DNA of 63,468 bases, the filler included, from Candidatus Delongbacteria bacterium (GTDB taxonomy: Bacteria; UBA4055): the NCBI GenBank assembly GCA_016937995.1. It is 4 parts of 4 records of this genome, joined end to end, with 100 filler letters (N's around TTAATTAATTAA, not from the genome) between each part and the next. Parts side by side here need not be neighbours in the genome. Positions count along the whole stretch, not along the records: positions 29,330 to 60,778 come from JAFGVM010000012.1; 3 more parts are not named here. One strand, 5' to 3'. The notes beneath the pieces are model-generated. The model searched no databases and was not told the DNA's origin. It was given only the letters and a program-made list of their open reading frames with translations. Both the position numbers and the translations under genes were made by a program. Below, one piece after another: positions 29,330-40,632 of the stretch. Position 1 is the first letter of the stretch, and every line of letters begins with the position of its first letter.

Positions 29330-31977
29330 ATAGTTGTAAAAAACCACTGTTCTTGTACTGTCATAAGTTTCTATCTCAATTGAATCCTGAGTAACTGTAT
29401 AGTCATAAACACCTTCCAGAGAATGGTCCTCACGATATGAAATATTTTCTTTGAAAGGAATTAATTGCCATACCTTACCGGCATATGTTAATAATGGCGG
29501 ATAATCTTCAGGATGAACAAAGATCGAATCCTCCGGTATCGGAATATCAAGATATTCCTGATACTCCACAACATTCTCGTAAACATAATTAACTTTATCT
29601 ACTGTAAATATCTCAGAATATTCTCTTAATTCATTTCTGGGTGCGACCGTGATCTGATAACCTTCAAAATCTCTTCTTCTAGAAAAAGTATCAATAGAAT
29701 GCTCAGGACCTGCTGCTCCTTTCATTCCCTGAATCTCATAAAATTCATGTGAACACCATTCCACTATGACATCTTTATTTGCAAAAGATACTCTTATCTT
29801 TGGTGATACCGGTGGTGGTGGAACCTTGTAATCGGGTACTCCATCCCCGGGATCAAGTTTTCCGTTATTATAGCCGTATCTGACGTATTCACCTCTCTGG
29901 GGAACACCGTCTGACAAATGATATTTGTTCATCATACCGTAACCCTCACCAGTTTCTCTGGTCCCGGTTATCCCGTAGATATTCTCACTGTCAACTTCTT
30001 CCCTGCCGAAAGGAAGAAGGTTATCTTCATTTGTAGCGGTTCTGCCGTAGGGATCAATGAACTCATTTGTAAAATCGGTTAACTCAAAATCTATTTCCCC
30101 TTCATCAGCACCCTCATAAAATCTCTCATTCCACCAGCATATAGGATTCTGGACAGGATCAGTAAATATTCCGTCAGCTCCTACATCCTCACCATACCAT
30201 CCGTCAGTTTTAGTTTCACCGTTCCTGGTCACAGGAGTATCATACATAGGCTGATCATATACCCTTTCCGCCCATGAAACATTATAATAAGCATCGTACC
30301 AATTGAACAATGAAGTATTTAAACCCTGATCAAGATTTACTGAATGTTCACTCAAATACCTTGCCGTTTGATAAATAGAAGTATGAAAATCTTCACTTGC
30401 TGTGAAAGCTATTGTTAGTTTTATTGAATCTCCGTATGCAAATTTCCAAATTTGTTTATTAATAAAATCATCCAATATACCTAATGAATCCTGATCAGTA
30501 TCAACAGCTAAATTGACATAGCTTTCACTACCTAATGGTCCAAAGGAAAGAACATATTTTATTTCTCCTCCATTTGCTATATCATTTAGTTCTTCGACAG
30601 TCCCATCCGCTGTTTCACCTTCTTCTTCCTCTCCGGTAATGATCCAAGATTGCCATTTGTCAGCTTGGGCGAATGGTGTTCCTATGAGGCTAGGAGGATC
30701 TTCGAAAACTCCTGCATAAACTTCCCTAATATCAGTAATAGCGTAATCATATTCGAAATTTGACATTACCATATATTTTCCTTTATCACCAAATGGAGTA
30801 CCTTCAGTTATACCATTTGCTAAGAATTGTCCATAAGCTGATAAGCTGTCATAATTTACATCATCATATCCTTTTTGTTTAGATGAGAGATCAAATTCCC
30901 AATCACTGTGTAACCCGGGTTTCCACCTTGGACCCCAATCTGTTCTCTCATTCCAATAATTGCCTGAATAAATATTGAACGAATACTTTAAATTTGGATT
31001 CGGATTCCTTAATACTCTTAAAGTAGATACTCCGGTTGCTCCGTCAAGAGGACTTCCTCTAAGGGGTTCTGCGATTATAGGTACATCTCCACCTGATATT
31101 TTAATTTGTTCCCTGCCATCGTTATCAGCAGCCCATGCAAAATTAAGATCAACAACTCTTTGTTCTCCTGTTGCAGGATCAATATATCCTTCCCATTGTT
31201 GCTTAAATCCACATATGTCATCATTCCACATTTGAAGCCCGTCTTTCTTACCAATATCATTATCAATATTAATACCCATGAAAAAATTATAGATGTCTTT
31301 CTGATCTTCATTTCTATTGTATAATATATAGTCAAGAATTATAAATTTTTCTGCAAATTTATATGACCAGGCATAAGATTTTTGTTTCACTTCTATTCCT
31401 AAGGGGATGTGATCAGCAAAATATGGAGTTTTATCTGTGTACATAGTGCTAAACTGCTCTTCTGCAGATGAACTCGGATCATAAACATCTTCGAATAAGC
31501 AATTTATTCGACCTTCAATATTAGAAGTTTCGTTTATTTTACCCATTGTCGCACCTGAAAGGTCTTCAGAAAATTTAGCTGGAAGTAATTCAAAATCTGT
31601 ACCCGCCGATACCAATGGACCTTGAAATACTGTTGCAGCAGTACCATTTACATTTGCTATTGCAGAGTCTAAATAACCTCCGAACCATAAATCACCCGCG
31701 TAAAGATATTGTATATCTTCACCTCCCGGCATGTCTCCTCCAACGGCCAACCTGCCTGTACATGGATCTGTCCAATAAAAAGGATTTCCAAAAATTCCAA
31801 TATTGGTAATATGAAGCCAAAAAAACCAACTCTGTGCACCCTGTTTTCTGCAAAAATTTCCTGCTTAGAGCCAATCTTATAATATGTCGTAAGCTCTTTT
31901 ATTTGTTCATATTTATCAGGAATTTGAGCACAAATTAATATGATTGTAAGTAAAACAAACAGAATTGCCTTTTTCAT
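29330..31977 (-). pseudogene. large secreted protein split by a 1-nt frameshift at a T7 run (also 3'-truncated)
   Basis: One extra T at 31819-31825 joins the signal-peptide ORF to the 822-aa ORF: RVHRVGFFWLHITNIGIFGNPFYWTDPCTGRLAVGGDMPGG. Confidence 0.8.
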
Positions 31978-32003
31978 TCTAAACCACCAAATTATTATTT
32001 ATA

Positions 32004-32453
32004 TTATTTATGTAAATATACCTTGCAACCTTTCTTTACAAAACCAAACAGATCAATAATATCCTGATTCTTCATTCTAATACAACCTATTGATCCTTTT
32101 TTACCGATGCTCTTTTCATCATTGGTTCCGTGAATATAAATATATCTGTTTCGAGTATTTGAGTTCTTTTTCTGCAGACCATTCAATCTTAGTATTCTTG
32201 AAGTAATTATATCTTTTTCTTTGGCTACATTTATATTTGCAATTTTACCGGTGAATTTTCTGTCTTTAAAAATTGCTCCAAATGGTGCTCTTCCGCCTAT
32301 TTTTTGACATACTTCATGCATCCCCAATGGAGTTTTCATACTTCCCTCCTCGAATCCCTCACCATATTTGGATGTAGAAACAGGATAAGTAAGCTCAACT
32401 TTCCTATGCTTGAAGAAAAGCTTCTGATCAGATATTGATATAATTATTTTCAC
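32004..32453 (-). CDS. YkuD-family L,D-transpeptidase
   Basis: YPVSTS, TPLG, IYIHGT...GSIGCIRM; GTG start after GAGG. Confidence 0.9.
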   Translation of the reverse strand: MKIIISISDQKLFFKHRKVELTYPVSTSKYGEGFEEGSMKTPLGMHEVCQKIGGRAPFGAIFKDRKFTGKIANINVAKEKDIITSRILRLNGLQKKNSNTRNRYIYIHGTNDEKSIGKKGSIGCIRMKNQDIIDLFGFVKKGCKVYLHK

Positions 32454-32562
32454 TGGATTGTCCTCGATTATAAATAATATTCCGTGTTGTGTGCTGAATA
32501 TTGAATTCGTTGCGTTTATCACGTTTTAAAGGGTTTATGTCGGTACGCCCTCCGATCACGAC

Positions 32563-32907
32563 TTAAACTTCTACATCGATTTCATCAGAGATAGACTGTA
32601 TCTCAATGAACTGCTCTTCCAGCTTATTCAAAATATCTGCTGCTTCAAGCACCAGCTCTTTTTTATTTATCAATTTATCGATCTTAGACTGTAGATCTTC
32701 ATTTAGTGATCCTTGCAGGTCCTCGGTCAATTCCTCGATCTGATCTTCAATTTCGTCAATTTCATCATCGCAATCGTAATTCATATCCTCAAAGATCAAA
32801 AAAGATTTATTTATTTCATCTGTTACTCTTTTCAGCTCTTTTTTTGCAGCTGATACTTTTTCAAATAATTGTTTTAATTCTTCAAAATCATTCATTGTTA
32901 ACTCCAT
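32563..32907 (-). CDS. acidic helical hypothetical protein (paralog of 22843-23232)
   Basis: 114 aa, D/E-rich, heptad-like pattern. Confidence 0.75.
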   Translation of the reverse strand: MELTMNDFEELKQLFEKVSAAKKELKRVTDEINKSFLIFEDMNYDCDDEIDEIEDQIEELTEDLQGSLNEDLQSKIDKLINKKELVLEAADILNKLEEQFIEIQSISDEIDVEV

Positions 32908-33058
32908 TGTCTTTAGTATATCTTATAGATTGAATATAATAATAAACTGACCGTTAGACATAGAAAAATATTTACCGTAAAGAAACATTATCTTTAAACT
33001 ATTGTTTAACAAGACTTAATAATTTATATTTCATCAAAATAAAATTGGAGATGCAACA

Positions 33059-34156
33059 ATGAAAATTCCTCTGGTAGATCTCAAGGCTAATTATTTATCT
33101 ATAAAATCAGAAATAGATTCTGCGATTCAAAATGTAATTGACCGTACAGCATTTGTAGGTGGTCCTGAACTTAAATCTTTTGAAAAGAACTGGGCAGAAA
33201 AATGTAATGCAAAATTCTGCTGTGGAGTTTCTAACGGGACGTCCTCTTTAGAAGTTATTATGAGAGCTTTGGATATCGGTCATGGTGATGAAGTTATTTG
33301 CCCATCACATACTTTTGCGGCTACTGCAGAAGCAATTTTGATGGTCGGTGCTAAACCTGTTTTCGCTGAAGCATTAGATACAACAGCCCTGATCGATCCG
33401 GATTCTGTAGCAAAACTTATTACTGATAAAACCAAAGCATTGATCATTGTAGATCTTTACGGACAACCAGCAGACTATTATTCGGTTAAAGAAGCAGTCA
33501 ACGACGATAATATTATTATTATTCAGGATTCAGCTCAATCTCATCTCGGCAAATATAAAGGAAGAATTGTAGGTAGTTACGCAGATGTAACTTCATTTAG
33601 TTTTTATCCAGGTAAAAATCTTGGAGCATTCGGTGATGCAGGTGCTATTACAACTAATAACGAAGAGCTTTACAAAAAAATGAGCATGATATCAGATCAT
33701 GGAAGAACTTCAAAGTATGAACATCAAATACCCGGAGGAAATCTTCGGATGGATAATCTTCAGGCAGCAATACTTGATGTAAAACAAAAGCATTTACCTG
33801 AATGGACTGTAAAAAGAAGAGCAGCAATTGTAAAATACAGGGATAAACTATCTAACTATGTGAAATTCATCAAAGAAGAAGAATATAACGAAGCGGTATA
33901 TCATCTAGCTGTGATAAGGACCGAGAAAAGAGATGAATTATTAAAATTTTTAAATGACAACGAAATAGGTGCTGGTATTCACTACCCTATTCCTTTACAT
34001 TTACAACCTGTCTTTGAATATCTTGGTTACAAAAAAGGTGACTTTCCAGTAACTGAAAAGATCGCTTCTGAAATAATTTCTCTACCGATCTTTCCTGAAA
34101 TAACAGATGAGCAAATAGAATATATTTGTGACAAAGTCATTAAATTTTTCGAATGA
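33059..34156 (+). CDS. DegT/DnrJ/EryC1/StrS sugar aminotransferase
   Basis: DSAQS, SFYPGKNLGAFGDAG. Confidence 0.95.
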   Translation: MKIPLVDLKANYLSIKSEIDSAIQNVIDRTAFVGGPELKSFEKNWAEKCNAKFCCGVSNGTSSLEVIMRALDIGHGDEVICPSHTFAATAEAILMVGAKPVFAEALDTTALIDPDSVAKLITDKTKALIIVDLYGQPADYYSVKEAVNDDNIIIIQDSAQSHLGKYKGRIVGSYADVTSFSFYPGKNLGAFGDAGAITTNNEELYKKMSMISDHGRTSKYEHQIPGGNLRMDNLQAAILDVKQKHLPEWTVKRRAAIVKYRDKLSNYVKFIKEEEYNEAVYHLAVIRTEKRDELLKFLNDNEIGAGIHYPIPLHLQPVFEYLGYKKGDFPVTEKIASEIISLPIFPEITDEQIEYICDKVIKFFE

Positions 34157-34184
34157 AAAAAAACACGGCTTCAGCCGTGTTTTT
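34156..34184. terminator. bidirectional intrinsic terminator
   Basis: AAAAACACGGCT-TC-AGCCGTGTTTTT between convergent genes. Confidence 0.85.
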
Positions 34185-34207
34185 AATTTATTTAAGTGTA
34201 ATTATGA

Positions 34208-34912
34208 TCAATTTTGAAAAGTTAATCCCAGAACTAACGAAATTGTAGAAATTGATTGTTTGAATTTAACATCTCTTTCCATACTTCCGATAACATCACT
34301 AAAAGTACCATCGAACTCAAGTGTGGTCAGATTTACATACTTAACACCTATTAGAACTTTACTCCACATTACAAAACCTGCTCCGATACTGAATGCAAAA
34401 GAATTTGAAAGGTCCCATACAATACTTTCCTCTATTGATCCGTCATCGGTCTTATAATCATAATCAGGTCCGTAAACCATTGACAAACCCACCTGTCCAT
34501 CAATAAACAATCCGAATTCCTTCTTCTTCCTGTCAAACATATTCTTAAATCTGAGACCTGTCGTAAAATAAAAACAATTGTAATTCGTCAATTCAACGTT
34601 AGATCTTTCAGCGACAACATTAGTAGTCTCAAGATCATCAAATCTTTGATAAAGGTCATCCCCGACTCCATGACGGGTATAGTTTAAACTTCCGATCCAG
34701 TAGAGTTTCTTTCCTATTTCTGATGATAAGAATTCTATACTTCCTCCGAATCCTGTAGTTGCGAATCCGGCATCAGTATCACCGGCCTTATCATTACTGA
34801 AGTCAGTTTGTGGAAACGCTAAAGTACCGTGAAATGTAAAACCCTGAGCTAAAAGATTTGAGCTTACACTTAAAAGGAAAATTATTCCGATCACTTTAAT
34901 TAAATTTTTCAT
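34208..34912 (-). CDS. outer-membrane beta-barrel protein
   Basis: signal peptide; amphipathic strands; ends ISLVLGLTFQN. Confidence 0.75.
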   Translation of the reverse strand: MKNLIKVIGIIFLLSVSSNLLAQGFTFHGTLAFPQTDFSNDKAGDTDAGFATTGFGGSIEFLSSEIGKKLYWIGSLNYTRHGVGDDLYQRFDDLETTNVVAERSNVELTNYNCFYFTTGLRFKNMFDRKKKEFGLFIDGQVGLSMVYGPDYDYKTDDGSIEESIVWDLSNSFAFSIGAGFVMWSKVLIGVKYVNLTTLEFDGTFSDVIGSMERDVKFKQSISTISLVLGLTFQN

Positions 34913-35150
34913 AAACACTCCGAATTAATTTCATCAAATTACGTCTTTAATCAACTCTCATAATAAATGTAATTTTCGTAAAACATTCAAGGAAAAAATT
35001 TGCAGTTAAATGGTATTTTAAAACTGCTCTTCGATCTCTACCGAATATTATAGTAATTAATGTCCTTATTTATTGTATTGCTTATTAAAGGTAAAAACAT
35101 TATTTTTGGTTATTAAAAAATAAGTTTATAAGGCTACTAGCAGGAACTAA

Positions 35151-37040
35151 ATGGACAGTGTAAAAAAACTTTACAAAATAGTTGCTAGATATTGGAAGCT
35201 TATGCTTGCTGGTATCTCAACTATGATGATCTTCTCAGTGTTAAGCGGTTTAAGTGTAACAATGGCTGTTCCCCTGTTTGATTATGTATTTGGAACAAAG
35301 CATATAGAATCAAAAATCGTTAAATTTGGACAATTCCTGGATCTAATATCTGAATCAATAGGAAATTTTTTCTCCAACAGTTCTTTAATGACTATCTTCA
35401 GCTCTGAAAATGGTGGTAAATTACTTACCGACATAAAAGAAATTTTATCACTAACCGATCCTGTACTTCTGCTCTACATGATAGGTTTCACAATGATCTT
35501 TCTAATCATACTTAAAAGTTTATTTTATTATCTAAACGTATTCATCTTCACTACTCTTAGGGGTAAAGTCACTTTAAATCTTAGAAATATGATCTTCAAT
35601 AAGGCTATGCATTTAAATTTATCTACGATACATAAAAGAACCATAGGTGATCTTCAGGTTAGAATGACATCTGATATCAATATTGTAGGAGAATTGTTCA
35701 TAAAGTCCATTTTTGGATCATTAAGAGATATCACTCTTGTGATCGGATATGTTTCTGTAGCTTTTATCATAAATCATAAACTATTGCTTTATACAATGAT
35801 AATAGTTCCAATTTTCAGCATGGTCATAAGCTATATCGGCAAAAAGATTAAAAAATATTCAAAAAGGATACAGGAGGCTAATTCACTCTTATATTCTAAG
35901 ATCGAAGAAGTATTTAATGCAATAAAGGTAGTAAAATCATTTACTAAGGAAGATCATGAATACGGGAAATATAAAATTATAAATCTTAAATTTTATAAAG
36001 CATGGCTAAGAGATAGAATGTATAACGCTCTGAGTGTTCCTTTATCTGAGTTGAATGGAACGATAATTGGAATGATAGTTCTTGTTATAGGTGGCAAAAT
36101 GGTATTATCTAACCCCGAAGGTTTTTCTTTTGGTAGTTTTACAACATTCCTTTTTGCTATTTTTTCAACACTTCATCCTATAAAGAACATAACCAATGCT
36201 TACAGCCTTATTAAAAAGGCAAAAGTTTCACTTGATAGAGTATTTTTAATAGTTGATATGGACCCAGAGGTAAAAGATCATGAAAGATCAATTTCAAAAT
36301 CTGAATTTAATTCATCTATTAAATTTGAGAATATCGGTTTCTCATATAACGTTGATAAAAAAGTACTTGATGATGTTTCTTTCGAATTACCGAAGGGTAA
36401 AACTTTCGCTCTTGTTGGAAGCAGTGGATCCGGAAAAACTACTCTTATAAATTTGATCGAAAGATTCTATGACCCAACCGAGGGTAGCATTTTGATCGAT
36501 GGTGTTAACATCAAAGATATTAAGATAAAGGAATTACACAGTTTATTTGGAACAGTTACACAGGAATCAGTTCTTTTTTATGACACAATAGCAAATAACA
36601 TAAGATATGGTACGAACAAAGAAATTTCTGATGATGATATTAAGAACGCTGCAGAGATTAGTTATGCTTATGAGTTCATCAAAGACATGCCTCAGGAGTT
36701 TAATACAATGCTGGATCCGAAAGGATCTAATCTGTCTGGTGGACAGAAACAAAGATTGTGTATTGCCCGAGCAATTGTAGGTGATCCACCAATATTGGTC
36801 TTTGATGAGGCTACAAGTGCACTTGATTCAGAATCCGAACAAAAAGTACAGAAAGCAATAGAAATGGCAACAAAAGACAGAACAGTTATTATAATTGCTC
36901 ATAGACTTTCAACAATCTTAAATGCAGATAAGATAATTGTAATGGAAGAAGGCAAAATTATAGGTACTGGCACACATGATGAACTTATTACCTCGAATAA
37001 GAAATATAAATTACTCTACGATATACAGTTCGCTCAATAA
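35151..37040 (+). CDS. ABC exporter, MsbA-like lipid/glycan flippase
   Basis: TMD plus GSSGSGKT, LSGGQKQR, DEATSALD. Confidence 0.92.
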   Translation: MDSVKKLYKIVARYWKLMLAGISTMMIFSVLSGLSVTMAVPLFDYVFGTKHIESKIVKFGQFLDLISESIGNFFSNSSLMTIFSSENGGKLLTDIKEILSLTDPVLLLYMIGFTMIFLIILKSLFYYLNVFIFTTLRGKVTLNLRNMIFNKAMHLNLSTIHKRTIGDLQVRMTSDINIVGELFIKSIFGSLRDITLVIGYVSVAFIINHKLLLYTMIIVPIFSMVISYIGKKIKKYSKRIQEANSLLYSKIEEVFNAIKVVKSFTKEDHEYGKYKIINLKFYKAWLRDRMYNALSVPLSELNGTIIGMIVLVIGGKMVLSNPEGFSFGSFTTFLFAIFSTLHPIKNITNAYSLIKKAKVSLDRVFLIVDMDPEVKDHERSISKSEFNSSIKFENIGFSYNVDKKVLDDVSFELPKGKTFALVGSSGSGKTTLINLIERFYDPTEGSILIDGVNIKDIKIKELHSLFGTVTQESVLFYDTIANNIRYGTNKEISDDDIKNAAEISYAYEFIKDMPQEFNTMLDPKGSNLSGGQKQRLCIARAIVGDPPILVFDEATSALDSESEQKVQKAIEMATKDRTVIIIAHRLSTILNADKIIVMEEGKIIGTGTHDELITSNKKYKLLYDIQFAQ

Positions 37041-37053
37041 ATGAGAGGATAAG

Positions 37054-37608
37054 ATGAAGTTAAAAAAATATCTATATCTGAAGTTCTACATGGTAAAACT
37101 CTATGCAAAGAAGAGTTTCTTGGGATTTGATCATATTTTAGATGAATTATCAAATTGCCCCGCAGAATTCACAAGAATAATTTTCGAAAAATATGGAGCT
37201 CATATTGGAGAAAAGATCAATTTCAAAGGAAAGATCGTAGTTGACAATGCTTACAAGGATCTATCAAACCTTCTGATCGGCAATAAGTGTTTCATTGGTA
37301 AGCAGGTTTTTTTTGATCTACCTGAAAAAATCATTATTGAGGATGAATGTGTTATCTCAGCAGGAGTAAAAATAATCACTCATTCAGATTGTGGTGATAG
37401 AGCTATGTCAAAATGGTATCCAAGAAAAAATAAAGAGGTTAAGATCGGTTTTGGTTCCTGGATAGGTGTTGATTCCATTATACTCAGTGGTGTTTCATTA
37501 GGAAAGTGCTGTGTTGTGGCAGCCGGGTCAGTAGTAACCGAAAGCTTTCCAGACTATTCTGTATTGGCAGGTATCCCAGCAAAAATCGTAAAAAAATTAG
37601 AAGCATAA
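37054..37608 (+). CDS. hexapeptide-repeat acyltransferase
   Basis: IGFGSWIG, VVAAGSVVT, GIPAK. Confidence 0.9.
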   Translation: MKLKKYLYLKFYMVKLYAKKSFLGFDHILDELSNCPAEFTRIIFEKYGAHIGEKINFKGKIVVDNAYKDLSNLLIGNKCFIGKQVFFDLPEKIIIEDECVISAGVKIITHSDCGDRAMSKWYPRKNKEVKIGFGSWIGVDSIILSGVSLGKCCVVAAGSVVTESFPDYSVLAGIPAKIVKKLEA

Positions 37609-38493
37609 ATGGATATTCCGAATAAACGTATACTATTCATATCATTTGAAACTTTTGCTAATTTAGCATTTGATCTTCTTGGAAATAAATTCAAAACATT
37701 TGATGTTATGCAATATTCTGTCTGGAATAAAATGGGTTTGCTTTCAAAGATCAATCTTGCAAGAAAATACGATTTTATACATAGTTTCTGGGCAAAGAAC
37801 AGCTATAATGATATAATCGCATGCAAGCTGACCGGAACAAAATATATCAATCATTATATCGGTTCTGATGTTCTTAAAGCTCTTGATAGTAGAAAATCCC
37901 AGAAAAAAGCTAAAAAAATTTATAAGAACTCATACAAAACATTAGCTGATGCAGATAATCTGATCGAAGAATTGAAAGAATTAAAAATTAACGATGTTGA
38001 ACTCTTGTCAATTTACTTTTATGATAAAAGCGATGAAAGCTACATTGTAACTCCACCTGACACAAAGAAGATCATGACATACATACCTGAGGGAAAAGAG
38101 GATTTTTATGGATTTAATTTTATTATTAAAGCTGCTATAAAATTCCCTCAATATGAGTTTCAGATCTCTGCGAATGAGGGAAAGTATGATAATATGCCAT
38201 CGAACGTTTCATTCTTAGGTTGGGTAACAGATATTAATAAATATATTGATGAATGTTTTTTGTATATACGCAGCACAAAGCATGATGGACTTCCCACTTC
38301 AGTAATGCAGGCACTGGTAAAGGGCAAGCATGTTTTAAGTTCCCACAAAGTACCGTTTACACATGAAGTAAACCTGGATAACATAGAAAAATGTCTTGCA
38401 AAAGATAAAATGAATCATGAAGGAAGAAAGTATATTTTGGATAACTATTCAAAAGAAAAGGTCATTCAGAAATTTAAAGAACTTTATCAATAG
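37609..38493 (+). CDS. GT-B glycosyltransferase (GT4-like)
   Basis: NVSFLGW, HDGLPTSVMQAL. Confidence 0.75.
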   Translation: MDIPNKRILFISFETFANLAFDLLGNKFKTFDVMQYSVWNKMGLLSKINLARKYDFIHSFWAKNSYNDIIACKLTGTKYINHYIGSDVLKALDSRKSQKKAKKIYKNSYKTLADADNLIEELKELKINDVELLSIYFYDKSDESYIVTPPDTKKIMTYIPEGKEDFYGFNFIIKAAIKFPQYEFQISANEGKYDNMPSNVSFLGWVTDINKYIDECFLYIRSTKHDGLPTSVMQALVKGKHVLSSHKVPFTHEVNLDNIEKCLAKDKMNHEGRKYILDNYSKEKVIQKFKELYQ

Positions 38494-38506
38494 ATTTGGA
38501 AAAACA

Positions 38507-39628
38507 ATGAACTGGAAAATTACTCTAAGCGAACCTGATATCGGGATTGAAGAATTAGAAGCAGTTAAAAAAGTATTTGCTAGTAACTGGTTTACAATGG
38601 GAAGTATTACTCTGGATTTTGAAAATAAATTCGCTCAAATGACTAATACAAAATACGCTTTTGCAGTTACAAATTGCACTGCTGCCCTTCATCTGGCTAA
38701 TTTAGCTCTCGGTATCATTGAAGGTGATGAAGTGATCGTACCTGCGCTTACATTTGTTGCATCAGCCAATGCATCAAGATACACCGGTGCAAAAGTAGTT
38801 TTTGCTGATTCTATATCTGAAAATGATCTGACTGTTTGCCCGGAACATATTGAATCTCTTATCACAGAGAGAACAAAAGCAATAACAGTAGTTCATTATG
38901 CAGGTTTCAGTTGTGATATGAAAGCTGTTTTGAATATCGCAAAAAAATACGATCTTAAAATAATTGAAGATTGTGCTCATTCACCCCTTGCTCAATGTGA
39001 ATTGGATGGAGGAAAACTTTATTTGGGTGGGATCGGTGATATCGGTTGTTTCAGTTTCTTTGGGAATAAAAATATGACAACTGCCGAAGGTGGAATGATC
39101 ACTACCAATGATGACGAACTAGCTACAAAATTAAAGCTCCTTAGATCTCATGGTATGACATCATTAACATTTGACAGACACAAAGGACATCAGAGCGGAT
39201 ATGACGTCGTCAGTCTTGGACTTAACTACAGAATAGATGAGTTAAGATCTGCAATAGGTCTTGTTCAACTTGATAAACTTGAGAATTTCAATGAACAAAG
39301 AAGAGAAGTATTCAAACTATATGTTAAATACCTATCCGGTAATGATAATATTATTGTACCGTTCAAAGACAGGGACCTTAATTTAGCTACTCCTCATATT
39401 ATGCCTGTCATTGTAAAAAATTCAATTGAAAAGATCAAATCAGCTCTTAAAGAAGCCGGGATACAGACAAGTAAACATTATGATCTTATTCCAACATTCA
39501 CTCTTTACAGGGATGAACCTTTCACTTCACAGATAGAACACATTGAGAACATACTGACTTTACCAATGTCACAGAAGCTTACTGAAGAAGATGTAAAATA
39601 TATTTGCTGTGTCATAAATTCTATTTAA
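38507..39628 (+). CDS. DegT-family sugar aminotransferase
   Basis: TNCTAALH, EDCAHS, FSFFGNKNMTTAEGG; start MNWK. Confidence 0.93.
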   Translation: MNWKITLSEPDIGIEELEAVKKVFASNWFTMGSITLDFENKFAQMTNTKYAFAVTNCTAALHLANLALGIIEGDEVIVPALTFVASANASRYTGAKVVFADSISENDLTVCPEHIESLITERTKAITVVHYAGFSCDMKAVLNIAKKYDLKIIEDCAHSPLAQCELDGGKLYLGGIGDIGCFSFFGNKNMTTAEGGMITTNDDELATKLKLLRSHGMTSLTFDRHKGHQSGYDVVSLGLNYRIDELRSAIGLVQLDKLENFNEQRREVFKLYVKYLSGNDNIIVPFKDRDLNLATPHIMPVIVKNSIEKIKSALKEAGIQTSKHYDLIPTFTLYRDEPFTSQIEHIENILTLPMSQKLTEEDVKYICCVINSI

Positions 39629-39649
39629 TTCAATGGAGATATTTTGAGT

Positions 39650-40624
39650 ATGAAAAAAATATTAGTAACAGGTGCAGGGGGATTTATAGGTTCCCATCTT
39701 GTAGAACTTCTTGTGGCCAAAGGATTTGATGTTAAAGCATTTGTACACTATAATTCAAAGTCCGATCATGGATGGCTTGAAACTTCGAAAGTAAAAAATG
39801 ATATCGAAATATATTCAGGTGACGTAAGAGACTATGATTCAGTTGAAAAATCTGTAGAAGGTTGTGATACTGTATTTCATCTGGCTGCTTTGATCGGTAT
39901 TCCCTATTCTTACACTTCTCCGATGGCATATATAAAAACAAACGTAGAAGGAACTTATAATATTTTACAGTCTTCAAGAAAACACAATATTTCTAAAGTG
40001 ATGGTCACTTCTACAAGTGAAACATATGGAACCGCCCAGTACGTACCTATTGATGAGAAACATCCTCTGGTAGGACAATCACCATATTCAGCTTCAAAGA
40101 TAGGCGCAGATCAGCTTGCAGTCAGCTATTACAGATCATTTGATACTCCAGTTAAAATTATAAGGCCTTTTAATACATTCGGTCCAAGACAATCTGCAAG
40201 AGCTATAATACCTACAGTCATCAGTCAAATTTTATCTGGTATAACAGATATTAAACTCGGTAATCTCTCTCCGACAAGAGACCTTACTTTCGTGAAGGAT
40301 ACAGTGAACGGTTTCTTAGAGATCGCATTGGCAGATAATTTGTTCGGTGAAGTTACCAACATAGGTATGAATACTGAGATATCTATCGGAGAACTTGTAA
40401 AAAAGATAGCAAAACTTATGGATACTGATATTTCTGTTACAACCGAGAATGATAGAGTTAGACCGGATAACAGTGAAGTTGAGAGATTGTATTGTGCTAA
40501 TAAAAAGATCGTTGATAATACTTCCTGGAAACCTCAATATAATTTAGAAGAAGGACTAAAAGAGACCATCGAATGGATGAAAGAAAATATGAAAATATAT
40601 AAACCTGGAATATATAACATTTAG
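39650..40624 (+). CDS. NAD-dependent nucleotide-sugar 4,6-dehydratase (LegB-like)
   Basis: GAGGFIG, FHLAALIGIPYSY, YSASK, RPFNTFGPRQS. Confidence 0.9.
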   Translation: MKKILVTGAGGFIGSHLVELLVAKGFDVKAFVHYNSKSDHGWLETSKVKNDIEIYSGDVRDYDSVEKSVEGCDTVFHLAALIGIPYSYTSPMAYIKTNVEGTYNILQSSRKHNISKVMVTSTSETYGTAQYVPIDEKHPLVGQSPYSASKIGADQLAVSYYRSFDTPVKIIRPFNTFGPRQSARAIIPTVISQILSGITDIKLGNLSPTRDLTFVKDTVNGFLEIALADNLFGEVTNIGMNTEISIGELVKKIAKLMDTDISVTTENDRVRPDNSEVERLYCANKKIVDNTSWKPQYNLEEGLKETIEWMKENMKIYKPGIYNI

Positions 40625-40632
40625 GAGTCTCT

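Noticed and set aside
31669-31977. Independent 102-aa protein
   Set aside because: It is the N-terminus of the frameshifted large gene; its tail is out-of-frame sequence.
32500-32562. Fluoride, ZTP or SAM-II riboswitch assignment
   Set aside because: Invariant cores (GAUG; CGCCUGGG) are missing; kept only as an unnamed candidate.
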